Below the pieces are notes generated by a model. The model was not told the DNA's origin. It saw nothing but the letters and a program-made list of their open reading frames with translations, and searched no databases. A DNA stretch of 64,000 nucleotides. It comes from Candidatus Sericytochromatia bacterium (GTDB taxonomy: Bacteria; Cyanobacteriota; Sericytochromatia; UBA7694). The stretch covers positions 10,426 to 74,425 of the forward strand of contig JBIKWL010000002.1 in assembly GCA_044356335.1 (NCBI GenBank). The letters run 5' to 3'. The translations under genes were made by a program, and so were the position numbers. Of the stretch, positions 17,422 through 26,881 are shown one piece after another. Every line of letters starts with the position of its first letter. The stretch's first letter is position 1.

Positions 17422-18975
17422 TTAGACCATCATGCGCCGGGCCAAAGCCATGGCAAGCCGCTCTTGCATTTGGTTTTGCTGAACCTTGGATAATTCTGGG
17501 TATTCTTGCAACTCGTTATAGACCTTGCTGAGAAATTCCAGGCTTTCAATGCTGTCGAGACCGCCGAGGGTTTCAATAATTTCCAAGCGTTCGTCCCAGC
17601 TGGCGTGGGGATAATGCTGCATCAAAATGGGCACCGATTCGGGGTTGGCAAAACTCTTAAGGGCGCGAATCAAGGCCAAGGGATCGGGGAAATTGCCCAT
17701 CATCAAACAGCTCAGGGTCTGATAAAAGAATTGGTAATCTCTGAATTTTTCCAGCTCCGTGGCCATAGCATAACGCACAGCAGAAGAAGTAGCAGTGTCA
17801 AAGAAAAGGTGGATCACCAAGGCCCGAACCTCTTGCGAGTCGTGTTTCTTGAGCTGCAAAAACAACCTACCCACATGGGGGGCAAAGGCCGGGTCTTTGA
17901 CCGATTGTTCGACAAATTCAAGCGAATTGAACTCCCCGAGCATCTGACTCGCCAGCTCCGAGCGGGGGTGTTCAGCCAGATCCAACTCATGTAAAACCCG
18001 GTGATGACCAGTTGTTTTCAGCGATTGTGCTGCTTCCATTGCCACCCAAGGCGAAGGGTCATCAAGGGCCTGGCGAAAAGTGGAATGGTCGGCATTGCTC
18101 AAAATCCCCAAGGCCCGAATGGCATGCAAACGCACAGGGAAAAAGGGTGAGTTGTAGCGCTGGCGAATCAGTGGTATATGTTCACTGCCCCCCATTTGGG
18201 CCAAGAGCTGAATCGCAGCGATTTGCAAATTGATGTCTTTTTCCTGACGCAGAATCTCCACAGCCAAAGGCGTGGCCAGGGGATCCCGCAGTTCAGTCAG
18301 CGCTTTCATGGCAATCGTGCGCACCCACGATGAGTGGTGGGTATTGCGCAAATTGGTGCGCAGTGAAGGTGCCACGGTTTTGCCCAAAGAGACCAAAAGT
18401 GAGGCCAAGACATTGGGGTTCCAGGCTTCAAAACGCTGCAGAGCAGGCAAAAGATGCTCGGCCACAGCGGGTTCGCCCCAGGTCGCCAAAGCCCGCGCAG
18501 AGAGCAAAGCCACCAGTGGCGATTTGTCCTCCAGGGCTTTCATAAAGACGGGCAAGTATTGTTGTTCGCCCAAAACGGCCAAGGTGTGAACCGCCCGGGC
18601 CCGTTGCTCGCGATCCCCCGTGGCAACCCGCTCAGACAAGACCTTTAAATAGGGCGCGGCCAAATCGCGGTAGATACTGGTATGTTGTGCAGGGGCAGCG
18701 ACAGCCCGGCGCATGATTAAATCGACAAAATAGAGTTCTTCATCGGGTTTGACCAGCGGGCGAATCACATCCGGTACCCGGCGGCCTTTAGCAATATCTT
18801 CCAGCAGGGGCTCCCAACGGCTCTCCAACTCACCCCAAAAATGCGCCTTGTGCAAATTGCGACTGCGCAGGCGAAAAGTCAGCCTAGAGGCGGCCATGGT
18901 AAAAAATAGAAAAGACAGACCGTAAATCGAAACGGCTATCAGGAGCAGCGTGTACCCAGAAAAATGCGTGAAAAT
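17422..18975 (-). CDS. HEAT-repeat protein with N-terminal TM anchor (start uncertain)
   Basis: HEAT repeats (RARAVHTLAVLG, ALEDKSPLVA, VRLHAIRALG, LDDPSPWVAMEAAQSL). The frame stays open 28 codons upstream of ATG 18897 and encodes a TM helix there. Confidence 0.8.
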   Translation of the reverse strand: MFTHFSGYTLLLIAVSIYGLSFLFFTMAASRLTFRLRSRNLHKAHFWGELESRWEPLLEDIAKGRRVPDVIRPLVKPDEELYFVDLIMRRAVAAPAQHTSIYRDLAAPYLKVLSERVATGDREQRARAVHTLAVLGEQQYLPVFMKALEDKSPLVALLSARALATWGEPAVAEHLLPALQRFEAWNPNVLASLLVSLGKTVAPSLRTNLRNTHHSSWVRTIAMKALTELRDPLATPLAVEILRQEKDINLQIAAIQLLAQMGGSEHIPLIRQRYNSPFFPVRLHAIRALGILSNADHSTFRQALDDPSPWVAMEAAQSLKTTGHHRVLHELDLAEHPRSELASQMLGEFNSLEFVEQSVKDPAFAPHVGRLFLQLKKHDSQEVRALVIHLFFDTATSSAVRYAMATELEKFRDYQFFYQTLSCLMMGNFPDPLALIRALKSFANPESVPILMQHYPHASWDERLEIIETLGGLDSIESLEFLSKVYNELQEYPELSKVQQNQMQERLAMALARRMMV

Positions 18976-18998
18976 GCTTCTCTACCTCGCTGCATAGA

Positions 18999-19271
18999 TC
19001 ATAACCATTCGCCCCACATGGCACAAGCCAAAAAGAGGGCATTACCCAAAAAGAGCCAAAAAAGTGGCCTGAGCCATGTGGCAACAGCCCGTCTCAAGCC
19101 CCAAGCCAGCCCCAGAGCAAGCAATGTCGAACCCAACCCGGCACGTAACACAAAGCCCCAACCCGCTCCTCCCCACCAGAGCCGCGCATTTGGCCAAACA
19201 CTCACCCCACTGACTTGAATCAGAAAGAGATACAGGGCGATGGTCAGAGCTGCCAGCACGAAATGTTTCAA
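18999..19271 (-). CDS. Putative small membrane protein (start uncertain)
   Basis: Three hydrophobic segments; fills the gap between genes; TTG start (LKHFVLAAL) avoids overlap with the divergent gene. Confidence 0.45.
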   Translation of the reverse strand: MKHFVLAALTIALYLFLIQVSGVSVWPNARLWWGGAGWGFVLRAGLGSTLLALGLAWGLRRAVATWLRPLFWLFLGNALFLACAMWGEWL

Positions 19272-19364
19272 ACGCTTCGCCTTTCTCTCAACACGCCTCA
19301 GATACAACCAGTATAATGCAAGAACAGGTTGAAACAGGAGAAGAAAAGTTTGCTCAAACAAAGT

Positions 19365-22259
19365 ATGCGCCTGGGTTTTTTCAGCTTATTATTTTGTTTT
19401 TGTTTGGTTCTTCCTGTTCAAGCCGGGCGCTTCAGTTTATTGCACACAGCAGGCGTCAAAGGACTGGCTTCCAATTATCATTACCAAATTCAACAGCCTT
19501 ACCAATTGATTCACGAATACGCACGGCAAAACCCAGATGCCATTCGGAGCTTGCGCACCCAAGGTGCTTCAATCTATTTTTACCATCAGGGCCATTATGT
19601 CTGGGGTCCTGGCTTGGGCATTGAGCGCTTTCAGCAATTTTTGAGCCAGCTTTCAAGCCAAAAACCCACAGACCAAAGAGCACTCACTCTCCTGGACACT
19701 AGCGACAGTATTGTATTGGAGCCGAATTCTGCCCATGACTTGCTAAGCAAACTGAGGCCCTTGATCAAACAAAATCCAGGTTCAGAGCTGACGGGCGCAC
19801 AGTTAGACATTTATCCTGGCCCGATCTACGTTTTGCATCTGGATTCGGCGGAGGAAGCCCCCAATCCAGACCCGCATGTTTGGGAAATGCTGCTGGGACT
19901 GCAATTAAATATTCTCGAAAACACCACGCCGACAGAATGGGTACTGATTGGTAAACCCAGTGGCGATGGGCCCCGCCGCTTAAATCTGCTCTCAGGTCTG
20001 AAAGACCCGCAAACGCTGTTGGTCGACAGTGGCAATCTATTGGAAGGGCTGAGTTCAGTCAATACCGCCAGCCTCTCGCTGCAACGGGAAAACAGTTTAA
20101 AGGCCTTGCAAAATTTGGGCTACTTTGCCCTGAATATTGGGGCCGAAGAATTACGGGGTGGACTGGATAATTTACTGCGAGAGCAAGAGCAATACAACTT
20201 GCCCTGGATCTCAGCCTCGCTACGCCAAAACGGCCAATATCTCTTTGCCCCCTACAAATTGGCCCAGACAGAAGATGGAAAAATCCTTGCCCTGATAGGC
20301 ATTGGCAATCACAACGAATTGGAACAATTGCAGGAAAGAGGTTTGCTCGGCGCTGGGACAGAAATTCTCTCACCGGCAACGGCCATCAAATGGGCCCTCA
20401 AAAGCCTGGAGGAAGAATTAAAGCAGCCCGCTGATTTAATCGCTATTTTGACCAATGCCGAGGGACCTGAACTGGAAAATCTGGCCCAAACCAGTGCGGG
20501 CGTGGATCTGATTTTGGGAGAGACCTTGGCCCCCCTGCGCCCGAGCAAACTGCAGTTAGAAAGAGTCAAAGACCCCCATCAAACGCCTTTTGTGGTGGCC
20601 AATAACCCCCAAGCGTTGGGTTTATTGCAAGTGCAACTGGAAGCTGAGCAAATGCAAATCCAAAATGAAATCTTGCCCGTTTCGTTTGATCTCAAACCCG
20701 ACCCCGTTTTTTTAAACAGTACCATGCACATTCGCCAAGAGGCCTATCGCGATGCCCTTGATGAACTTTTGCCTGATTTAAGCAGTGAAATTCTGGCAAA
20801 CCCGGTTTTGCTCCAGCAATTTCTCAACAGTGAAAAAACACGCCAAGCCCGCCAGCGCTTGGAAGGGCGACATTCACTCACAGATTCCGAATTATTGCGT
20901 TTGTATCCCCCCCGCTTGAGTTCGGAAATGTGGGGTGTTTTGCTCAGCAATCTGCTCTTAAAGGCCTTTGATTGTGAAGTGGTTTTGGTTGAAAAGCTGC
21001 CTGACGGTATTTATGTTCCCGGTGCTTGGCCCCGGCTTTTGGTCTACGAAATGCTCAAAGACGACGCCACCCTGGAAGGGTATCTGCTGAGTGGCGCAGA
21101 CCTCGATCGGCTGCTCAAACTGCCCTTGAATCATGCCATCCAAGGGGGAACCAGTGCTGACAAAAGCAAGGTCTGGAACCGCCCCAGGCAAAAAAACGCC
21201 TACTACCGTACCCTGATCAGCAGCAGCCTGGCCCAAAGCGCAGAATTGGCTCCGCTGCTCAAAGGGGTACGCAAACACGAAGAACTGCGCAATCCTTTTG
21301 CGCCACACAATCCACCAGAGCGGTTATATTTGCGCAATATCTTGCTGAGTTTTTTGGAGCAGACCAAAGCCTCTGGCAAACTCAAAGAAACCCTCTTAAG
21401 CTATTTAGAGCCCCAATGGCATCAAAAACAGCCGCTCTGGAGCTTACAGGTCAGTGATTTACAGCTCAACCTGAGTGGTTATAATGCCATGAACAATCAA
21501 AGCTACTCAGCCGTACGCGAAACCCGCGTGACCTCTCCCAACAGTTTCACCTATGGGGGGCGCAGCAAAATATCCCTGATTTTTGACAATGCCAACGTGA
21601 GTTGGATCCAATCGCTGCAGGCAAAATACGAAGGCCTCTCACTTTTAGACGAAAGCAGCAAGCAGAACAAATTTACCGAAAACCAAGACGATCTCTTATT
21701 TTCAAGTGAGTTGCAATTGCAGCTCTTTGAATTTCCGTTTGGAGACAAAGAACTGCAATTAATTCCCTATCTTGAAGGCACCTATGATACGGAGTTTTCA
21801 CCCACACTTCAGCCCAATACCGGCCAGATGAACCCCCTGCAAGCTGAGTTAAGTGGCATTGTGGGCCTGACGATTCCCCCTGGGCCCATGCTCAAAGCCT
21901 TTAAGACAGGTCTGGCCCTGCGCCGGGATTTTAACGTGCCCAATAATTTGGAGTTGGGTCTGCAATTCAAGCTCGACCACGAACTGCCGCTCACAGCGGA
22001 ATTAAAATGGACAAACAGTCTTGATCTCAAATATTATCTGCCCAGCGTCAACGACAATGCCTCCAGTTTGGGACTGATCAGCCAATGGGTCTCAGCCTTA
22101 AAAGTTTCCCTGACCGACAACCTGAGTTTGCGTTTTTTTGCAGATGCCTATCTCTTTCAGGGCAAATTGCCCTCTACCTCCGAGCTCGGATCCAGTATTA
22201 TTCTAGGAGTAGGCTTGGCTTACGATCGACTTTGGAAACCCTTTTACGAGCCCATATGA
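19365..22259 (+). CDS. Secreted 5'-nucleotidase/metallophosphatase-like protein fused to a probable outer-membrane beta-barrel
   Basis: Signal peptide ending VQA; LLHTAG, LLVDSGN, NIGAEE, LPWISAS, VDLILG; C-terminal ~270 aa of alternating amphipathic strands. Confidence 0.65.
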   Translation: MRLGFFSLLFCFCLVLPVQAGRFSLLHTAGVKGLASNYHYQIQQPYQLIHEYARQNPDAIRSLRTQGASIYFYHQGHYVWGPGLGIERFQQFLSQLSSQKPTDQRALTLLDTSDSIVLEPNSAHDLLSKLRPLIKQNPGSELTGAQLDIYPGPIYVLHLDSAEEAPNPDPHVWEMLLGLQLNILENTTPTEWVLIGKPSGDGPRRLNLLSGLKDPQTLLVDSGNLLEGLSSVNTASLSLQRENSLKALQNLGYFALNIGAEELRGGLDNLLREQEQYNLPWISASLRQNGQYLFAPYKLAQTEDGKILALIGIGNHNELEQLQERGLLGAGTEILSPATAIKWALKSLEEELKQPADLIAILTNAEGPELENLAQTSAGVDLILGETLAPLRPSKLQLERVKDPHQTPFVVANNPQALGLLQVQLEAEQMQIQNEILPVSFDLKPDPVFLNSTMHIRQEAYRDALDELLPDLSSEILANPVLLQQFLNSEKTRQARQRLEGRHSLTDSELLRLYPPRLSSEMWGVLLSNLLLKAFDCEVVLVEKLPDGIYVPGAWPRLLVYEMLKDDATLEGYLLSGADLDRLLKLPLNHAIQGGTSADKSKVWNRPRQKNAYYRTLISSSLAQSAELAPLLKGVRKHEELRNPFAPHNPPERLYLRNILLSFLEQTKASGKLKETLLSYLEPQWHQKQPLWSLQVSDLQLNLSGYNAMNNQSYSAVRETRVTSPNSFTYGGRSKISLIFDNANVSWIQSLQAKYEGLSLLDESSKQNKFTENQDDLLFSSELQLQLFEFPFGDKELQLIPYLEGTYDTEFSPTLQPNTGQMNPLQAELSGIVGLTIPPGPMLKAFKTGLALRRDFNVPNNLELGLQFKLDHELPLTAELKWTNSLDLKYYLPSVNDNASSLGLISQWVSALKVSLTDNLSLRFFADAYLFQGKLPSTSELGSSIILGVGLAYDRLWKPFYEPI

Positions 22260-23266
22260 ACAATCAAATCTGGATCACTTTACAAAACCAATTAAAAGGC
22301 CAACTGCCCGTTCATTTACTTGAATGGACCGGGTTTGTTGATTTTCAGCAATTATTGCGAGAATTACAGGCCCTGTTGCATCAGGCTCTCGAAAGAGAGA
22401 TCGAAACACTGCTTTTTGTTGAGGGAGACCAGAAACAGGTCTGGGGTTTAAAAATGACACAGGGCCCCGATCTGGTCGTTCATTTTTATCCCTCTGAGCG
22501 CAGTGGAGAGATACTGACAATCCTCTTACAAATCCAAAAATTGGCCCATGCCCAAAACTTTCCAGCCCCGCAAACGCTTCTGTCACCCCATGCACTCGGA
22601 AAATGCCAGATCAGTGTTGAACTCTGTCTGCTCGGCAGCCGCAAACCCCATCCCCATCAGAGTGGAGATATCCAACTGATGGCTCAGACCTTGGCCCGTC
22701 TGCATCAGGTGACCTGTACCCTACACGCCTTACCCGCTTTACCACAGACACAGACACCTAGCCAAACCCATTTGTTTTCAAGCGGGGCCCCCAAAGAGCG
22801 CCGTTCAGAAACAGAATGGCTGGGTGCATTAACCCATGCCTTGCTGCGTCGCTTGCGCCAAGAGACAGGTCGCCAGGTTTTGAGTCCCTTGTATTGGACC
22901 CCCTCCCAACTTCAAGTCAAACAGCAAGAACTCGCAGCTGTTTATAGCTGGAGCAAATTAACTTTACAACCGGAGCTGTGGGCCTTGGGGAGAGCCATGG
23001 CCAGTTTGGGCTTTTTAAGTCAAACCGAGCCAGGAAAGCCAGCTTCAACAATTGAAATGCAACGCTTTTTAGCCGCCTTTTGTGAGGTTCGGGGGGTGCC
23101 CTTTCTCACGTCTGAATTGCGTTATTTGGAAGCCAGTCTGACCTGGTCCATGGCCGAGATTGCCCTCAAAGAACAGCAACGCGATCCGCTCAACCGTCAT
23201 TGGGAAGGCAGTTACCGCGAAGCGTTAACCAAACACGCGCATCCCTATTATCTCTCCCTGCTTTAA
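22256..23266 (+). CDS. APH/choline-kinase-like phosphotransferase-fold protein, degenerate
   Basis: ATGA overlap with the upstream gene; VWGLK..G..LVVHFY, FPAPQTL, MAQTLARLH; catalytic HxD and DW motifs absent. Confidence 0.55.
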   Translation: MNNQIWITLQNQLKGQLPVHLLEWTGFVDFQQLLRELQALLHQALEREIETLLFVEGDQKQVWGLKMTQGPDLVVHFYPSERSGEILTILLQIQKLAHAQNFPAPQTLLSPHALGKCQISVELCLLGSRKPHPHQSGDIQLMAQTLARLHQVTCTLHALPALPQTQTPSQTHLFSSGAPKERRSETEWLGALTHALLRRLRQETGRQVLSPLYWTPSQLQVKQQELAAVYSWSKLTLQPELWALGRAMASLGFLSQTEPGKPASTIEMQRFLAAFCEVRGVPFLTSELRYLEASLTWSMAEIALKEQQRDPLNRHWEGSYREALTKHAHPYYLSLL

Positions 23267-23281
23267 AGCTGAACCAAAGAA

Positions 23282-25603
23282 TTAGCGCAAAAGCACCACA
23301 GCGACCGCATCTTTAGAGAGGAAACCCTTTAAACGGTAGTAGCGGGCTTTTTCCAAACGATCTGTCTCGGCATGGCTGAAGAAGAGCGGCTCCACCTGCT
23401 CAAAGGAATGCATTAAATTGAAGCTGAGCGTAACATCTTGATCCCCTCCGCGGTTGATCATGCCCACCAATAAATGCCCTTCACTCGTTTGGCGCAGGAT
23501 CACCTCCACTTGGGGCACCCCTTCAACCAGGGGCGTGACGCCCGTCTCTTTGAGCAAATGGCCAAAGAAACGCAGCACCGAGGCCTTTTTTTCAGGTTCA
23601 ATCGTGTAATAGCCGGGCGTGTCAAAGAACAAACCGGGCAAGGTTCCCAAGAAATAGACACGTCCCCGGCCCAAGCGCTTGCTATATCCCACCGTTGCGC
23701 CTTCAGGCTGGCGCAGAACCGGGGTGATGCCTCCCCCTTGCCAGAAACTGGCAAAGCGACTGGCCCAAAAGGGTTCGGCCCGTTCGGTTTCGATCCAAGC
23801 CCCTGATTTACCCACATATTTGGAGAATTCCACAAAAGGATGCATCATATCCAGGGTATGCAAAGAGAGTTTATGAGAAATACTGCGGCGCATCATTTGA
23901 TAATCCATCATATCCAACGCCACTTGGGAGAGAACCGCGTTGGTACCATATTGCACTTTATTGGCGTTACCATAGGGTTTGGCCGGAAAAAGTGGATTGG
24001 TAGCGTAAAGCTCTCCATGTAAATCGGTGACCACAGGGGTGCCAAAAGAAACCAGTGTGCCGCCATTTTCGACAAAATAGACCAGCTTTTGATAAGACTC
24101 CCGATCCATCAAATTGGTCGAAGCCAAAAACAAAACCTGGAGCGGCTCCAATTCCTGCAAGCTGATTTTTTCCAGGTCATAGACCAAGGGATTGCAACCA
24201 CACTCCAACAGCACCCCGTGCATTGCCGTCAGCCCCGAAAAATGGCTCAGGGCGTTGTCCATCAGATCCAGAGCGCTCCAGACATTGATATTGGACTTGA
24301 GAAAGTCCCAACCCTGGGGAATGTATTTAACCAAACCGACCGGGCTGTGCAGCGGCTCACTCTGGGCCAAGAGCGCGCCATGATCACTTACAAATTCGCC
24401 TATTTGTTTGAGATAGGCATAACTGTCAACAGCCTCTCCGGCTATATTTAAAGGCGATTGAAAGATCCAGGGCACGCCATCACTTTCAACACAATCGTGT
24501 AAGAGATACCAGTTTAAAATGCGCATACCGCGTAAGAGGGCCACCATGCCATTTTGCAAAAGAGCCTCTTTGCGCACCTTGACACGGGGGTCAAACCAAC
24601 CAGCCCCCACCTCCACACCCATTAAAAGTTGATCGGGATTGAGATTGCGGTAATATTCGGGCGCAAACGAAATTCCAAATGGCACATCGTGAGTGGCATC
24701 GGGATCGGTTGTAAATTTGCTGTAGATGTCGTAGCCGGTTAGAGCCACCCGCGTTTTTTTGGCGCTGTTATTGGGCCATTGACAGAGATAGGGATCGTTC
24801 AGATAGAGCAGACCGGGCACAGAGAGACCTTTGAGGTAATCCTTTAAAGTGCCCAGGTATTGGACAATATAGTCTTCAATAAAGGCCGCCCATTGCCGAA
24901 AAGGCACCGGAGCATACGCGCTTTTGCGCGGGGGCTCAATGGCTTCAAAGGTCTCATAATCTGTGTGCCAAATGCGGTTGAGATGGGCCAACGAAGGGTA
25001 TTGCTGACGCAGCCAGTGATGATACGCCAAGACCGTATGGGGGTTGAAATCGCCGGAATAAGTGACACCGCCATATTGTGGCAGACCCGTTTCATTGTCG
25101 AGCTGACAAGCCACAATCCGCCCACTTTCAAAGCGCGGGCGGAGGTAGTCGATCACGGTCTTGAGCCATTGCTGGGTATATTTGAGAAAAATGGGGTGAT
25201 TGAGGGCCACCTCGTTGCTGAGTTGCCCCGTTTCGTAAACCATCAGAATTTCAGGGTGTTTTTTGCGCAGCCAATCGGGAATACCAAAGCCCTGATACTC
25301 CCCATAGACATACGGCCCTGGGCGAACAATGAGAGCCAAGTCATGACTCTCTACCAGCTGCAAAAAATGCGCCAGATTGCGTTCGGGTGCCGTCTGGCCC
25401 TCAAAATCGTAGCAGCCCTCTTCGTATTCATGCCAGATCCAGGGAATATAACAGGAAATAAAATTGATCCGTGCATCCGCCAATTGTTGCAAACTGGATT
25501 CCCACAGCTCAGCGGGAATGCGAAAGTACTGAAACTCGCCGCCATAGAGAATTCCTGGCTGCCCGGCAATTGTAAGCGCTTGGGAAGACAGAGTGATATT
25601 CAC
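23282..25603 (-). CDS. GH35/GH42-type beta-galactosidase-family glycoside hydrolase
   Basis: GGEFQYFR, YIPWIWHE, RPGPYVYGE, QLDNE (acid/base), VEVGAGW (nucleophile); trimerisation-type C-terminal domain. Confidence 0.88.
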   Translation of the reverse strand: MNITLSSQALTIAGQPGILYGGEFQYFRIPAELWESSLQQLADARINFISCYIPWIWHEYEEGCYDFEGQTAPERNLAHFLQLVESHDLALIVRPGPYVYGEYQGFGIPDWLRKKHPEILMVYETGQLSNEVALNHPIFLKYTQQWLKTVIDYLRPRFESGRIVACQLDNETGLPQYGGVTYSGDFNPHTVLAYHHWLRQQYPSLAHLNRIWHTDYETFEAIEPPRKSAYAPVPFRQWAAFIEDYIVQYLGTLKDYLKGLSVPGLLYLNDPYLCQWPNNSAKKTRVALTGYDIYSKFTTDPDATHDVPFGISFAPEYYRNLNPDQLLMGVEVGAGWFDPRVKVRKEALLQNGMVALLRGMRILNWYLLHDCVESDGVPWIFQSPLNIAGEAVDSYAYLKQIGEFVSDHGALLAQSEPLHSPVGLVKYIPQGWDFLKSNINVWSALDLMDNALSHFSGLTAMHGVLLECGCNPLVYDLEKISLQELEPLQVLFLASTNLMDRESYQKLVYFVENGGTLVSFGTPVVTDLHGELYATNPLFPAKPYGNANKVQYGTNAVLSQVALDMMDYQMMRRSISHKLSLHTLDMMHPFVEFSKYVGKSGAWIETERAEPFWASRFASFWQGGGITPVLRQPEGATVGYSKRLGRGRVYFLGTLPGLFFDTPGYYTIEPEKKASVLRFFGHLLKETGVTPLVEGVPQVEVILRQTSEGHLLVGMINRGGDQDVTLSFNLMHSFEQVEPLFFSHAETDRLEKARYYRLKGFLSKDAVAVVLLR

Positions 25604-25605
25604 GT

Positions 25606-26772
25606 TTATTCCTTGAGCAAAAGCACAGATGCTGAGGCATACTCAGGTAGGTGCATCACACCTTTGCTGTAGCTTTCGCGGGTGGGAAAAACCCCTGCCA
25701 GATAATCCAATTGGTAGAGATTGGGAATAAATGCGCCGCCGGTATCAGCCAAAACTGCCAAACGCATGACGGTTTTGCCCTGCAACGGATAGCGCAAAGC
25801 GAATAATTTACCCAGGCCCAAATTGTAAACATCTCCAGCAACGGTGACAGCGGGCTGGACAATGATCTTTTCGTCTTTGCCATAGCCCTGAATACCCGCC
25901 ACTTCTTTAAAATACCAATAGCGCTTTTGCAGCCGAGGATCTTTGATCCGCCGATCATAGGCGATACCGTTGTTGCGGTGCACATTAAACATGCGGGTTT
26001 GACCATCGGGCATTTTAACCATCAATGAACCTTGCATCAGGGCGTCTTCAAGGCCCTGGCGATTGACCCAAACCAGGGATTTGACCTTGTGTTTTGCCAA
26101 GGCTCCATCAACGGCCTGCTGTTTGGTATAGCGGTAGCGAATCAGTTTGGCTTTTTCTTTTTCAGCCTGATCAGCACTCAATGCCGCCTCTTCTTCGGGC
26201 AACGCATAAAGCGCACAGGTATGTGTGGCCGTTTGAACCGGACTGCCTTGGGCCTCAAAAACCACGTATTTGGTCAGGCGAATGCGCTCGTCACTGACCT
26301 GCACCTTGTGCGACGCTGCCGCGGCACGATCTGAGCGCCACTGAAAAAAGCGAAAGTGCTGCTCTAAAAAGACGGGATTGCTCAAACGAAAAGGCCGTTT
26401 TGCCGCTTGATCTTCGTCCACGGTTTTAACCACAAAGGCCAAAGTGGCTTTGACCTGAGCCAAAGAGACACCCAAACCGCCAAAGATCCCCGCATTCACG
26501 GCTTCGGCATCATCTTGGCCATGTTTATTCAGGTAAGCCAAGGTACTGCGAGCCACGCCGGCCAATTTGACCGGATCGGTTTCGAGTTTGACCCCAGTCA
26601 GGCCGGGCTGGGTCAGTTTAAAATACTGCTCAGGCGCAACCTGGCTGACCACCTGCCGGGCCTCGTTTTTAAGCGGGAACAAGGCGGGTGCAGCCCAAGC
26701 CCCTGCCGCCAGGCCCAGCGCCAAAGTGATCAAAACCCCGTTCCGAAGTGATTGCGCACGAAGAGCAGACAT
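25606..26772 (-). CDS. MltA-like lytic murein transglycosylase
   Basis: Signal peptide; RLTKY; DALMQGS; LADTGGAF..QLDYLAG 3D-domain motifs. Confidence 0.75.
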   Translation of the reverse strand: MSALRAQSLRNGVLITLALGLAAGAWAAPALFPLKNEARQVVSQVAPEQYFKLTQPGLTGVKLETDPVKLAGVARSTLAYLNKHGQDDAEAVNAGIFGGLGVSLAQVKATLAFVVKTVDEDQAAKRPFRLSNPVFLEQHFRFFQWRSDRAAAASHKVQVSDERIRLTKYVVFEAQGSPVQTATHTCALYALPEEEAALSADQAEKEKAKLIRYRYTKQQAVDGALAKHKVKSLVWVNRQGLEDALMQGSLMVKMPDGQTRMFNVHRNNGIAYDRRIKDPRLQKRYWYFKEVAGIQGYGKDEKIIVQPAVTVAGDVYNLGLGKLFALRYPLQGKTVMRLAVLADTGGAFIPNLYQLDYLAGVFPTRESYSKGVMHLPEYASASVLLLKE

Positions 26773-26881
26773 AGATTTTTACTCGCAGATCTTTTTTTTT
26801 CAGTATAACGCGAAGCAAGAGGAGGGCAGAAACCCACCCTCCCCATGTCAGGACTTTAGCGAACAGATCTACCTGAGAAAA

